Below are positions 1 to 11,210 of a DNA stretch of 64,000 nucleotides, in pieces. Location of the stretch: positions 144,274,001-144,338,000 of the forward strand of contig NC_042998.1 of NCBI RefSeq assembly GCF_006345805.1, written 5' to 3'. Numbering within the stretch: the first letter of the stretch is position 1; each line of letters begins with the position of its first letter. The stretch comes from Octopus sinensis (taxonomy: Eukaryota). The translations under genes and the position numbers were made by a program. The notes beneath the pieces are model-generated. The model searched no databases. It was not told the origin of the DNA and saw only the letters and a program-made list of their open reading frames with translations.

Positions 1-950
1 AAATATACCTGTCTCCTATAGCCAGTTTAAATGCTAAAGGGTTAAACACCCCAGTTTGAGGAGTACATATAGAGGGAAAAGTAAGCATAGGGGACAAAAA
101 TTAGCATACAAAGAGTGATTTTTTTTAAAGGACATTTTTTGGAAAATAAGAGTGTCTTATTTATATAACATCCAATATAATATGTCCCTTGAAAGCTGAT
201 AATATTTTGTCTTGACATCAACAATAAGAGTCTGAGAAATAAAACAAAACTTTATTTCTGCTCATAATTATTCAAGATTTCCTGTTGTTGAAAAATATTA
301 GTAAATAGCTTTAAATCATTTTTCTCAATAAAGATGGATAGCATTGTTGTTGGGGCTGTTAGTTATAATGTGATTGACATCATCATTATCTCCACCACTG
401 CAACTACCATTAACAGCTTCGTCATCACCACAATTATCACCACCACCACCACATTTATGGCCATCATTACCACCTCCCCCATCATCACTATGATTATCAA
501 CACCACCATCACTATCTCATGCTATCTTTTCACATGGTTGATATCTCTTAAATTTATATAAGAGACCCATAAACAAACATTCATATCTAATTTCTATCAA
601 TTACAGAAGCCTCCTCGAAATAGCTGTTTTCTAATCTCTAGAAAGCTTTTCTTGTTCTGAATTGGTATATTGTCATGGTTTTATCAAATTTAATGCAAGA
701 TCAGGTTTAATGTATCATTTTGTAAACAAAGCATAATGAAGAGATTGTGTTGAAAATAACAGAAAGGAAATCTATTCAAGTTCAAACAGTTTCAAGGTCT
801 GCACAAAGTTTGCAAAAAGTCACTAGTTTGTAACTTTTTACTATTCATCAACAGTGAGACAGATGGCTATTTGAAAGGTAACCAACAGTCACAATTGGTG
901 ACTAACTGTAGGACTGATTTTCAATCCTTTTTGATTTTGTGGCTTATTAC

Positions 951-1378
951 TCTTTACTCTTTTACTTGTTTCAGTCATTTGGCTGTGGCCATGCTGGAGC
1001 ACTGCCTTTAGTCAAACAAATCGACCCCAGGACTTATTCTCTGTAAGCCTAGCACTTATTCTATCAGCCACTTTGCCGAACCGCTAAGTTACGGGGACCT
1101 AAATACACCAGCATCGGTTGTCAAGCGATGTTGGGGGGACAAACACAGACACACAAACATATATACACACATACATATATATATATATATATGTATATAC
1201 ATATATACGATGGGCTTCTTTCAGTTTCCGTCTACCAAATCCACTCACAAGGCTTTGGTTGGCCCGAGGCTATAGTAGAAGACACTTGCCCAAGGTGCCA
1301 TGCAGTGGGACTGAACCCAGAACCATGTGGTTGGTGAGCAAGCTACTTACCACACAGCCACTGCTATGCCTATATTGG
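951..1378 (-). mobile_element. tRNA-derived SINE, family A, full length (tRNA head, CORE-like domain, internal (TA/CA)n, CR1-type tail)
   Basis: The minus strand carries A-box TGGCTGTGTGG, B-box GGTTCAGTCCC, then GCACCTTGGGCAAGTGTC, an internal microsatellite and tail GCTCCAGCATGGCCACAGCCAAATGACTGAAACAAGTAAAAGAG. More than a dozen copies occur in the window. Confidence 0.9.
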
Positions 1379-1435
1379 AGATGAAAGCAAAAATTACTGA
1401 CAGACTTTTAAAGTTTAGAAAAAATAATAACTGTA

Positions 1436-1760
1436 TAGGAGCAGACATGGCTGTGTGGTAAATTTGCTTCCCAATCACATGGTTCTGGGTTCAGTCCTGC
1501 CGTGTGGCACCTTGGGTAAGCATCAACTACTATAGCATCTGACCAGCCAAAGCCTTATGAGTGGATTTAGTAGATGGAAATTGAAAGAAGCCTGCCGTAT
1601 ACATACATGTATGACATTACAGAGTGTACTTGGTGCTTTTTGTAAAGTGGTTGGCATTAGGAAAGGCATCCAGTCATAGAAATCTGGCCAAAGCAGATGT
1701 TGAAGCTCAATGTAGCCCTCTGGCTCACTGGATCCTATGATGGTCTTCTTTTCCATTTCC
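1436..1760 (+). mobile_element. Family A SINE head joined to an RTE-type tail
   Basis: Head (TGGCTGTGTGG...GGTTCAGTCC...CACCTTGGGTAAG), a short microsatellite, then GTGGTTGGCATTAGGAAAGGCATCCAG, the motif of the RTE tails. Confidence 0.7.
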
Positions 1761-3879
1761 ATCAACCAAATCCCTTCACAAGGTTTGGTTAGCAGTCAGC
1801 TCTAGGTTCTAATAAAAAACACTTTACCCACATGTGGGATTGAACCAAAAATTACATGTTTGGGAAGTAAGCTTCTCACAGTTTATTAATTGGTATTCAG
1901 TATTTGAATACTGTTGCTTACGGGAGATTTATCAGTTGCAGAATAAGCATCCTTCAGTCCATTAACACAACATCAAATTAAGGAAAACAGAGGATTGTCA
2001 GAAAGATACACGCAAAGGGAATTCTCCCTTGGAACCTTTGTATTATCATAATTATAATTCCTGACAAATTATTTCTGAGGGTTTAATGTAGCAGCAGGAA
2101 TGTCTTTGATCATAGGTCAGCTCAGTTAGGATCCAGGACAAAACAATCACAACCACCATATTAACCTCAATCCTGTAAGGAACTCTTTATGAGTTGATTG
2201 ACTGGCTATAAATGGCAGTGAAATTTTTCTCAAACTACATCATCCCATCTTTAAGAAAGAAAGGGGATATTCAAAGATATTGTCCTAATAATATTGTCTG
2301 GATAAATTATGGGATTAGCCTATACTGGAGCACTTTTAATCATGGGAGGCTTTTATCAGGTCTGACTTGAGGCTAAACTACAAGAATTTCAACCATCATT
2401 ATTTTCATTATCATCATCATCATTTAGTGTCCATGTTCCATGCTGGCTGAGTTAGATAGTTTGACAAGATCTACCAAGTCCAAGGATTGTATCACCATTG
2501 CTTTGGCATGGTTTCAGATGCCCTTCCTAATACCAGCCACCATGCTTTGGCATAATTTCAGATACCCTTCCTGATACCAGCCACTTTGCAGCATGTACTT
2601 GATGCATTTTTTCTTCATGGCACCAACACTAGTGAGGTCACTATACAGAGTGCAAGACTAAGAACCCCTTTGACTGAGTGGGATTTATAGCGGGCCAATC
2701 AACAACATAAAAACATGCATGTTCTGGTAACAGCTTTGCAATTATACATACCCCATATAATGCATGGGTGTACCAGTAACGTGCAAATAGCTTGCTTGTG
2801 CAAGTGATGTCATTCAAAAGATATGAGAGGTTAAGGTATGAAAGAAGGGCCCAGAACATAACAGGTCTCTTGCTATAGAGGAGCTACATGGTTACTCACA
2901 TTACAAAAGAGAGGGTGGAAGTAACCAACATAAAGCTAGAAAGAGAGAGAAAATAGTAATAATAAGGTAGTATCAGGGTAGACTCTCAACAAATTATATG
3001 AATTCTCAAACAAAAAAAGGGCTTCATAATGCTTTGAGAATCATCCCTCTTATTGCCATTTTTCCTGTTCTCCCTCTTCTGAGCTGCATAGTGGTGTCAC
3101 TAGTATTTGTGTCACCAATGAATAAATAATAAATAAATAAATAAATAAAGGGCACCCAGTACACTCTGTATAGAAATCATGTCAAGCAGACATTGGAGCA
3201 CAATGCAGTCCTCAGTCTGTGGGATCCAGCCAAACCATCTAAACTATGCTAGCATAGAAGATGGATGTTAAATGATCATGACAATGATGGCTGAAACTTC
3301 TATAGTTGTTGCTTAGCCTCAAGCTGATAAGGGAGCCCATGACTGAAAGTGTTCCAGCATGGCAATCCCAAATTTTAGTCAACCAGTGTATCTATGATAT
3401 CATTGAATGACTATTTTTCTTAAAGTCAGCATAGTTTGGTTTGAGGGAGACTTTTCACTGCTATTTATAGCAGGTCAATCAACAACATAAAAACATACAA
3501 GAAAAAACAAAGAAAAAAAAGGTAAAGAAAAATTCTAAATCTTGCTTCAACCTGTTTTCATTGGCAAACAAACAAAACTTGAATCTGTATTAAGTGGGTG
3601 TAATAAAGTGAAGCATGTAACAAGGCAGGACAACAAAATTATATAAGTCAAGTTGATTAATAATTTTTTTTTCAAAAGAGAGTATCAAAACATGGTGGTG
3701 GAGATGGGATGAGAGGAGGGATGTTATTCATAAACAAGTTGTTTATGTTTATGGGTTGGGTGAGTGCATGTATGAGAGTTCTGGTAACAGCTTTGCAATT
3801 ATACATACCCCATATAAGGCATGGGTGTACCAGTGACTTGCAAACAGCTTGCTTGTGCAAGTGATGTCATTCGAAAGCT

Positions 3880-4330
3880 TTGCATGCCAAATGTCAATAG
3901 GTTTCATTAGGAGAGAACATGCGCCATACCAGGGCCCTCCTCTTGATGGCTGATCCTTCTCTTCACAGCTAAAAAATATATCAGCTCCCAAAAGCTACTG
4001 ACATTTTACAAGGCTCAAATGAGGCCCACAATAAAGTACTGCTTCAGCATCTAAAACAGTGTTGCTACTATGCACACACATGGCCCGTAGGAATGTTGTC
4101 TCCCCTCCATCTTTTCTATTGCTACTATAATGATCTTTGTTTCTCAATAAAGGATCAGATCAATTGACTGGCTGTCTTGTACCTTCACCACTCAGAAACC
4201 TCTGACAAACTCATCTTTCATCACCTTCCCTTCCAGCTCCATATTAACCACTCTATCTTTTCCTTTCTCCTCTGAATAAAAGTATGGTTACCTTCTTGAG
4301 TCTTGCCAACTTATAAGGGCTGGTTTCCCG
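3880..4330 (+). pseudogene. Degraded CR1/L2-group LINE, RT C-terminal region
   Basis: Manual translation gives LILLFTAKKYISSQKLLTFYKAQMRPTIKYCFSI* and later LFYCYYNDLC. These resemble the LYKAQIRPxxEYCSHIW and LFYRYYxGxC motifs of this group. Confidence 0.5.
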
Positions 4331-4789
4331 GTTTCCTTGGCATATATATTCCCCACCCAGATGTGACTCTGGTCCCTCACAGGATTACTCATTTTTGCCA
4401 GATGGGTGGACTGGAGCAACATGAAATAAAGTGTTTTGCTCAAGAACACACATCACCCAATCCAGGAATCAGAACCACAATCTTACAGTTATGAGCCCAA
4501 CACTCTAACCACTAAGCCTACACGCCTCCTCTCCTCTGAATACCATCCCACTGGAATCTCCCTGCTCATGTCAAAGGCAATAAACTGTTTCTCTTATTTG
4601 ACAATTCACCAATTATTAAATAAAAATTGTATATTATTTTTATGCAAAATGTTTGTAAAGAACAAGGAAAAAGGTAAAAAAAAAAGAAAAATTAATTAGA
4701 GAAGTTGATTATTTAAAAGAAAAATGCAATTAACAATGAAATGAGTCTCCTTTTATCTTTTTTATCATTTACTTCAATCATTACCATAA

Positions 4790-5100
4790 AGGATTTAGTC
4801 AAATTGGCCCAAGTACTTAGTTTTAAGTTGTACTTATTCTATCGATCTCTTTTGCTGAGTCACTAAGTTATGGGGATGTAAACAAACTAACACTAGTTGT
4901 CATGCAATAGTGGGGGACAAGCACAACACAAACAAACACACACACACATATAGTCTTCCTCACAATTTCCATCTACCAAATTCACACACATGACACTGGT
5001 CAGCCCAGGGCTATAGAAGACATTCACCCAAGGTGCCACACAGTGAGACTGAACCCAAAACCTCCTAATTGAAAAATGAGCCTCTTAACCACTCAGCTAT
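4790..5100 (-). mobile_element. Family A SINE, degraded
   Basis: Colinear with 951-1378. Confidence 0.75.
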
Positions 5101-5501
5101 CCCTGTACATAATTTTTAAATGTAGGAGGCATCAGAAATATATCTTTCTAGAAAGTAAACTGTGTTTGGTTTTTATTCAAGATAGTGATTTTTCTTCAGG
5201 CATTTAATAAAGTTTTTGTGAAGAAGAAGGATTTGAGACTTAAATAGTTAAAATATTTTCAAAATGATATTGAAAATATACATAAAATAATTTACCTTTG
5301 ATTATTTTTGCTTAGCAGTAAGTTACAAAAGTGGCTCAAGTGTCAAGAGTTCATGCACGGTACTCTATACAATGAGTTGAATATAAAGTTTTGTTAATTA
5401 TGGAAGAAATTTTAAAGGCGACTGAAAGCTAATTTGAAAGTTGTGGAACAGATATATATACAGATATATACACTTCAACCATATAGGTGTGGTGTAATGT
5501 G

Positions 5502-5534
<33 letters not shown>

Positions 5535-5537
5535 ACT

Positions 5538-5735
5538 ACAGCCGCTCTGATTGACCGCTAGCCTCAAAAGTTTTTTTATTCTCTCTCTGTTTATTTCCTC
5601 GTGTTCCTTTCTGTTGAAGAGCATAGGCTTGAAACGTAAAAGATTTTCTCACCTTCCCGAGCGTTAAACTAATACACTGTTTGTCGTTTATACACCTGTC
5701 TTCGTCCTTTGTTTTTCTGTAAAATTCAACCATAT
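5538..5735 (+). mobile_element. Short Penelope-like element fragment between (TA)n tracts
   Basis: Homologous to 10655-10750 (-) and 15635-15775 (+). All carry the same hammerhead-like motif. The Penelope assignment is inferred from that motif. Confidence 0.6.
5607..5642 (+). ncRNA. Minimal type I hammerhead-ribozyme-like motif with A6->U core variant
   Basis: CTTT-CTGTTGA-A-GAGCATAGGCTT-GAAA-CGTA^AAAG: stem I CUUU/AAAG, stem II GAGC/GCUU, GAAA core, palindromic ACGU stem III and a GUA site. Confidence 0.55.
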
Positions 5736-6641
5736 ATATATATATATATATATACAATTGCAGTGTGGAAGGTGTTTGTAAGCCATTTAAAAATAAACAC
5801 ACTAAAACCATTAGATTCACTTCAACATTTAAATTTAATTTGCCAAAATATTTTCGTCGCTTTGCTCACTGACAAAATTCCGTACACATATAGACACATC
5901 TCACATGCACACGGAGGTTCTGTATACTGACCTAGAGAGATGTGTGTGTGTGTGTATAAAAGCATTATATTTAAAAGTTTACACTAAAACATTTGCATTT
6001 GAATTCTGAAAGGTGTGATAAGACATTACATTAGTTTCTTATAAAGGCAGTAGTATTATTTTTTAAAAATTATCTAGGAACAGATGTTTCTGAATGCATA
6101 TGTGTGCTGATTATAGCAAACTTTAAAGGGATTTCAAATATGCCCTACATCTATGTTAGATATGTTAGTTGCCAGTATGCTGCATTAGTAAATTATATGC
6201 TTAGCTAAACAGCTAGAAGCTACCAATGAACAGTTAAGTTAGTTCATATAGTTGTAGTTACTAGTAGTTGAATTAGTGACAGACTTATTTAGTTTAAACA
6301 AATTAAAGAAGGAAAGTCAAGTTGAAAAAGTAGGGTGCAGTAATACATGAGATTTTAACTGTATTTTTATGGAAATTTTATGGTATTTACAGAATGGGTG
6401 GAAGTGTTTTTAAAGTGGTTTAAAGAAATTAAGGTGCTATTGGTATGGCAACAGCAATATTTGAGAGGGTGGTATATCAGGTAAAATTCCATTTCCTGCC
6501 CCAGTATAATAACTATTATGTTTTTATTATTCATTAGCTTAGAGTTAAACACTCTGGAGAAGTAGACCTACATTAATATGTATATAAGATCATTTATTTA
6601 TTGAAAATTTAGATAATTTAATAATTACATATATAACGTAT

Positions 6642-7030
6642 CTCTTTTATCTTTGATCTTTTACTTGTTTCAGTCATTTAACTATGGCCATACTGGGGCA
6701 CCACCTTCAAGGGTTTTAGTCAAACAATTCAACCCCAAGACTTTTTTTTTAAGCTTAGCATTTCAATTGGCATTTTTTTTTTACTGAACAGCTAAGTTAC
6801 AGGTGTGTAAACAGCAGTTGTCAAGCAGTGGTGGGGAGACAAAGACAAAGACTCACACACACATATAAATTTATATATATGGCAGGCTTCTTTCTTTCAG
6901 TTTCAACAAACAAATCCACTCACAAGGCTTTGGTCAGCCAGAGGGTATAGTAGAAAACACTTGCCCAAGGTGCCACACAGTAGGACTGAACGCAAAACCA
7001 TATGGTCAGGAAGCAAGCTTCTTACCACAC
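6642..7030 (-). mobile_element. Family A SINE
   Basis: Colinear with 951-1378. Confidence 0.85.
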
Positions 7031-7050
7031 AGCAATGCCCACACTTATTA

Positions 7051-7085
<35 letters not shown>

Positions 7086-7117
7086 GCATACATATATATG
7101 TATGTATGCATGTATAT

Positions 7118-7500
7118 ACTCTCTTTTACTTGTTTCAGTCATTTGACTGCGGTCATGCTGGAGCACCGCCTTTAGTCGGGCAAATCGACCCCAGGACTTA
7201 TTTTTTGTAAGCCTAGTACTTATTCTATCGGTCTCTCTTTTGCCGAACCGCTAAGTGACGGGGACGTAGACACACCAGCATCGGTTGTCAAGCAATGCTA
7301 GGGAGACAAACACAGACTCACAAACACATACACACATAATACATATATATATACAACAGGCTTCTTTCAGTTTCCGTCTACCAAATCCACTCACAAGGCT
7401 TTGGTCGGCCCGAGGCTATAGTAGAAGACACTTGCCCAAGGTGCCACGCAGTGGGACTGAACCCGGAACCATGTGGTTGGTTAGCAAGCTACTTACCACA
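7118..7500 (-). mobile_element. Family A SINE, little diverged
   Basis: Nearly identical to 951-1378, with CpGs retained. Confidence 0.9.
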
Positions 7501-7879
7501 TGATACATATATAATAAAAAAAACTACATTTGAATACCAATCTAAAACCAAAGAAAACACAAACATGAGTGAAGAAAGACAAAAATAAAGAAAAAAGAGG
7601 AAAATAGGGAGAAAGAAAGAAAAAAAAAACGTTGAGAATTTGATTATTGGCTCACTTCAATATACTACTGGTATTATTTCATCAAAGGAGAGTGATGAAA
7701 AGTAAATACAAAATTAGAATATAGACACACAAGAGCAACACCCAGTTAGATGCATAGGCAGAGACACAATGAATCAACCGGTCAAATAGGGAGATAAATA
7801 AATAGGGGGATGGAGGTAGGAAAACCAGTGTGTAGGTTTGAGGTAAGTAAGTGAAGAAAAAGTCATAAATGACAGTGTG

Positions 7880-8200
7880 GATGGGATAAACTAATACAAC
7901 CAATCAAGTCCTCTAATGTGTTGACTCTCTTCACCTAGGTGTCACAGCCCATAATGTGGAAGAGAGAAAAATTAATACATACAAGGGCTGACCGGCTGAT
8001 ATCAGTTTGTGCCAGTCGCTATCAAGACGTCAGGTATTTTCAGACCTTACACTACCAATTTCCTCCACAAAATCAGGATAACAGTGGCCCATCTAAGAAA
8101 TGAGTCCTATGAGGTGGAGTGGTTGCTGCAATGAGTATCACTGGCCATTCTCTGCAGCAACACCACCACAGTCATAACTGTGGCATGCAACTGAGTATAC
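7880..8200 (+). pseudogene. CRE-like non-LTR retrotransposon remnant, C-terminal restriction-like endonuclease (RLE) domain
   Basis: With one frameshift it reads GVTAHNVEERKINTYK/GLTG*YQFVPVAIKTSGIFRPYTTNFLHKI...EVEWLLQ*VSLAILCSN. This matches AExxKxxKY...FVPVAIETxG...LxQRxSxAxxRGN. Confidence 0.7.
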
Positions 8201-8588
8201 TATTTGTTCCAAAGTGTATAGCACATCACTCCTTCCACCTCCACCAATAAAGGGGCCTTATTGCCCCTTTTTTCTTTCTTTTCATTTTTATCTTCCTTTT
8301 TTGTTTGTTTCTTTCTATTTAATTGTTATAATTTAAAATGTGATCTACAATCCTTTCTCTGTAAAAAAAAGTAGCTGACTTTTTAAGAAAATACTTGATA
8401 AAACAAGTATCCCGCATCTCAAAACCTCCAATCCCTCATCACCACCACCAAAAAAAAAAACAGTTAGTAAAAATTTTAAAAATATAGTAGAATGATTATT
8501 TTGGTAATTCCTAAATTCATAGTAACCCCATTTGTGTATAGTAAGTACAATGGGGGAAATCAGCTTGGTAGAGTGGACCCTTGTTTAA

Positions 8589-8799
8589 CTCTTTAGCATT
8601 TAAACCAGCCATATCAGACTGAAATATTCTGTTTTATGATCAAAGTGGCTGGATCTGGCCTCTCCCACCTACCTTACAAAATCATTCTAAAAATAAACAT
8701 TCAGTTCATCAAAATCTAAAAGCTACAAGATAATACATGATTAACTCAACTTTTATGAATAAGTATTACATTTGACAGAATAATCTGAATGTTAAAGAG
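8589..8799. mobile_element. piggyBac-like MITE
   Basis: TTAA at 8585-8588 and 8800-8803. Ends CTCTTTAGCATT...AATGTTAAAGAG. Same family at 44126-44337, with a terminal fragment at 1-45. Confidence 0.75.
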
Positions 8800-10079
8800 T
8801 TAAGCTATATACATAAATGAGGAGTAGGAATCAGCACTGCAAACTAATGAAGCACAAGTCAATTTTACAGTGCTGCCACAGGTGTGATGACTACTAGACA
8901 GTTAAATATCTTGGCCATGAAACACCACAGTGCTGACAACAGCATACAAAGTGCTGAGTTCTTTAGTTAATGTTTGGTATTCTATTGAACCAGACAACTA
9001 TTGACACTGTCAGAAAGCTTATTCTATGAAACTAAAGCTATCAACAGGGTTGTCTTTACAGAATTCTGGACCCCTGGGTACAACAATGCACTGGGATCAC
9101 TAAGAGTTCTGCATATACAACTACAACATATGCAGATTGGCATTGGGCTTCCAGAATACAAACAAATTATATAATTAAATGTACTTTAGTGTTACTTCCA
9201 CACAGCTAACAAGGGCTATTTAACAGTAATCATTTTTAATCCAGATACATGATAGCAATTTTGAGCAGAGGGGTTAATCAATACCATTAGCTCCAGTACA
9301 TGGTAGTTTGTTTTATCAACCCCAGAGGTATGAAAGACAAGGCTCAACTTAGCAAGATTAGAAGTCAGAATGTAAAAGCATTTTTTTACCAACATCTTAA
9401 CAATTCTGTCAGCTCACAACCCTAGGGATATAAGTCAAAAAATAACATTAATGACAATAACCGGATGAATTTTTATTTCTTCTTTAGTGAGGAGGAAGGA
9501 TAGAGCTCATGGCCATCTACAATGCCTCTGAGACTGATGGGAGGGAGAGAGAAAGGTATCATCAAACCAGAGATTTGGCATGAATGATTGCAAAAGAGAA
9601 GCCTCCACTGAAGACACCAGAGGCACCAGGTAATGGCATTAAACTGGGTGATGGAATAAGTCTATCAACAAGCAGGTCATGGTGGAATTTAAATATAAGA
9701 ATGTAAAGAACTGGAATAAATATCACAAGGTATCTGCCAGACTGATGTTCTGCAGTTCTGTCAATGTACCACCCTCAGATTGGTAATTTTTCATATATTT
9801 CAGAAAAATGAAAGGTAAAAATTGATGAAGAAGAAGCAAGAAGAAATCAGAGATGAACAATAAAAGTCAAGAGAGAGCTGCACATTCTTACTTACATAGA
9901 GATAGGAGTTCCTGCGTTTAAAGTTGTGGACAATTTTCCGAAACATTTTGGGTAATTTTTTCTTCTTGAACAGAAGGTGTAGATGATCCATTGTCAGAAT
10001 AATCCCTGCTCTCTAGTCTCTATTCCCCAGTCATGTGGATTAACAGTAAGAACTGACAACTAAACTACTAAATGCTGTC

Positions 10080-10320
10080 CTATCGGAGGCAATACAGGGA
10101 AAGGAGGGGGTTAAAAACAAATGAAGTTGTATTTAGAAAAGAAAGAAAGCAAATCAAAAGAATAAAGGGAGAAGGAGTGGGATTTGAGAATGAGAGAGAA
10201 GAAGGAAGGAAGGGAAAAGGAAGAGACAGACAAAGAAATGATGAAAGTGGGTGATGAAAATGAAAAATAAGAAGGAAAAGTTAAAGAAAGAAAAGAAATG
10301 AAAACAAGTGAAAAGAACAT
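10080..10320. repeat. Purine-rich (GA/A) low-complexity tract
   Basis: Almost entirely A and G on the plus strand. A larger tract lies at about 12960-13550. Confidence 0.85.
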
Positions 10321-10579
10321 AAAGAACGTTTTTTTTAATATTGAGAAAATTCTTTACTTTCATTTTCAAAAATTTATTTATATCTTTATTGAAATTTATG
10401 AATGAAATATACTTAATGACAATTTTTTTTAAAGTACAGATAAAAAAGATTTATTTATAATTCATGTACACATTCTACATATTTGTTCTATACTTTTTTT
10501 CTCTATATTTTATAAAAATGTTACAATAAAACGTACTAACTTAAAATAAAACTAAACTGGAATGAAATTATATTGTTGC

Positions 10580-10584
10580 GTTAA

Positions 10585-10629
<45 letters not shown>

Positions 10630-10786
10630 TACACACACACACATATAGATGTATTAGTATAAAGCTCGGGAATTGAAAAAGTCTTTAACGTTTCAAGCCT
10701 ACGCTCTTCCACAGAAAGGAACACAGACAGAAACAAGGAGAGGAAAAAATGTGTGTAGTGACTACATATATATATATATATGTATT

Positions 10787-10820
<34 letters not shown>

Positions 10821-11210
10821 CATATACACATAGATATTTGCATATATATACATATATACAAATATATATATATATACACACATATATATATACACATGCA
10901 TACATATATATATATATACACATATATATACATATATACATATACATATGTAGACATATATATACACATATATATACATACATATATATACATATATATA
11001 CACATATATATACATACATATACACATATACAAATTGTGTGTATGTGTGCATATGCGTATGTGTGTGCATGTGTGTGCTTGTGTATGAGTAAACATGATT
11101 GTGCATACATGTATGTGTGTGTGCATAAGTATATGTGCATGACTGCATGTTATGTATGTGTGCACATGCCTGCATTTCTGTGTGCGTACGAGTGTGCATA
11201 TGTACATGTG
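10580..11210. repeat. Compound (TA)/(CA)/(TG) microsatellite
   Basis: Seen directly. It is the source of the YI/HT/VC pseudo-ORFs. Confidence 0.95.
10683..10718 (-). ncRNA. Hammerhead-like motif, copy 2
   Basis: Minus strand: CTTT-CTGTGGA-A-GAGCGTAGGCTT-GAAA-CGTT^AAAG. Confidence 0.5.

Noticed and set aside
6392-6480. Plus-strand AG...GT segment open in one frame (EWVEVFLKWF...)
   Set aside because: Splice signals are weak, the sequence is G/T low complexity, and no other plus-strand exons support it.
9060-9130. R2/NeSL-like ALGSLRVL motif
   Set aside because: It is too short and has no flanking RLE motifs in any frame.
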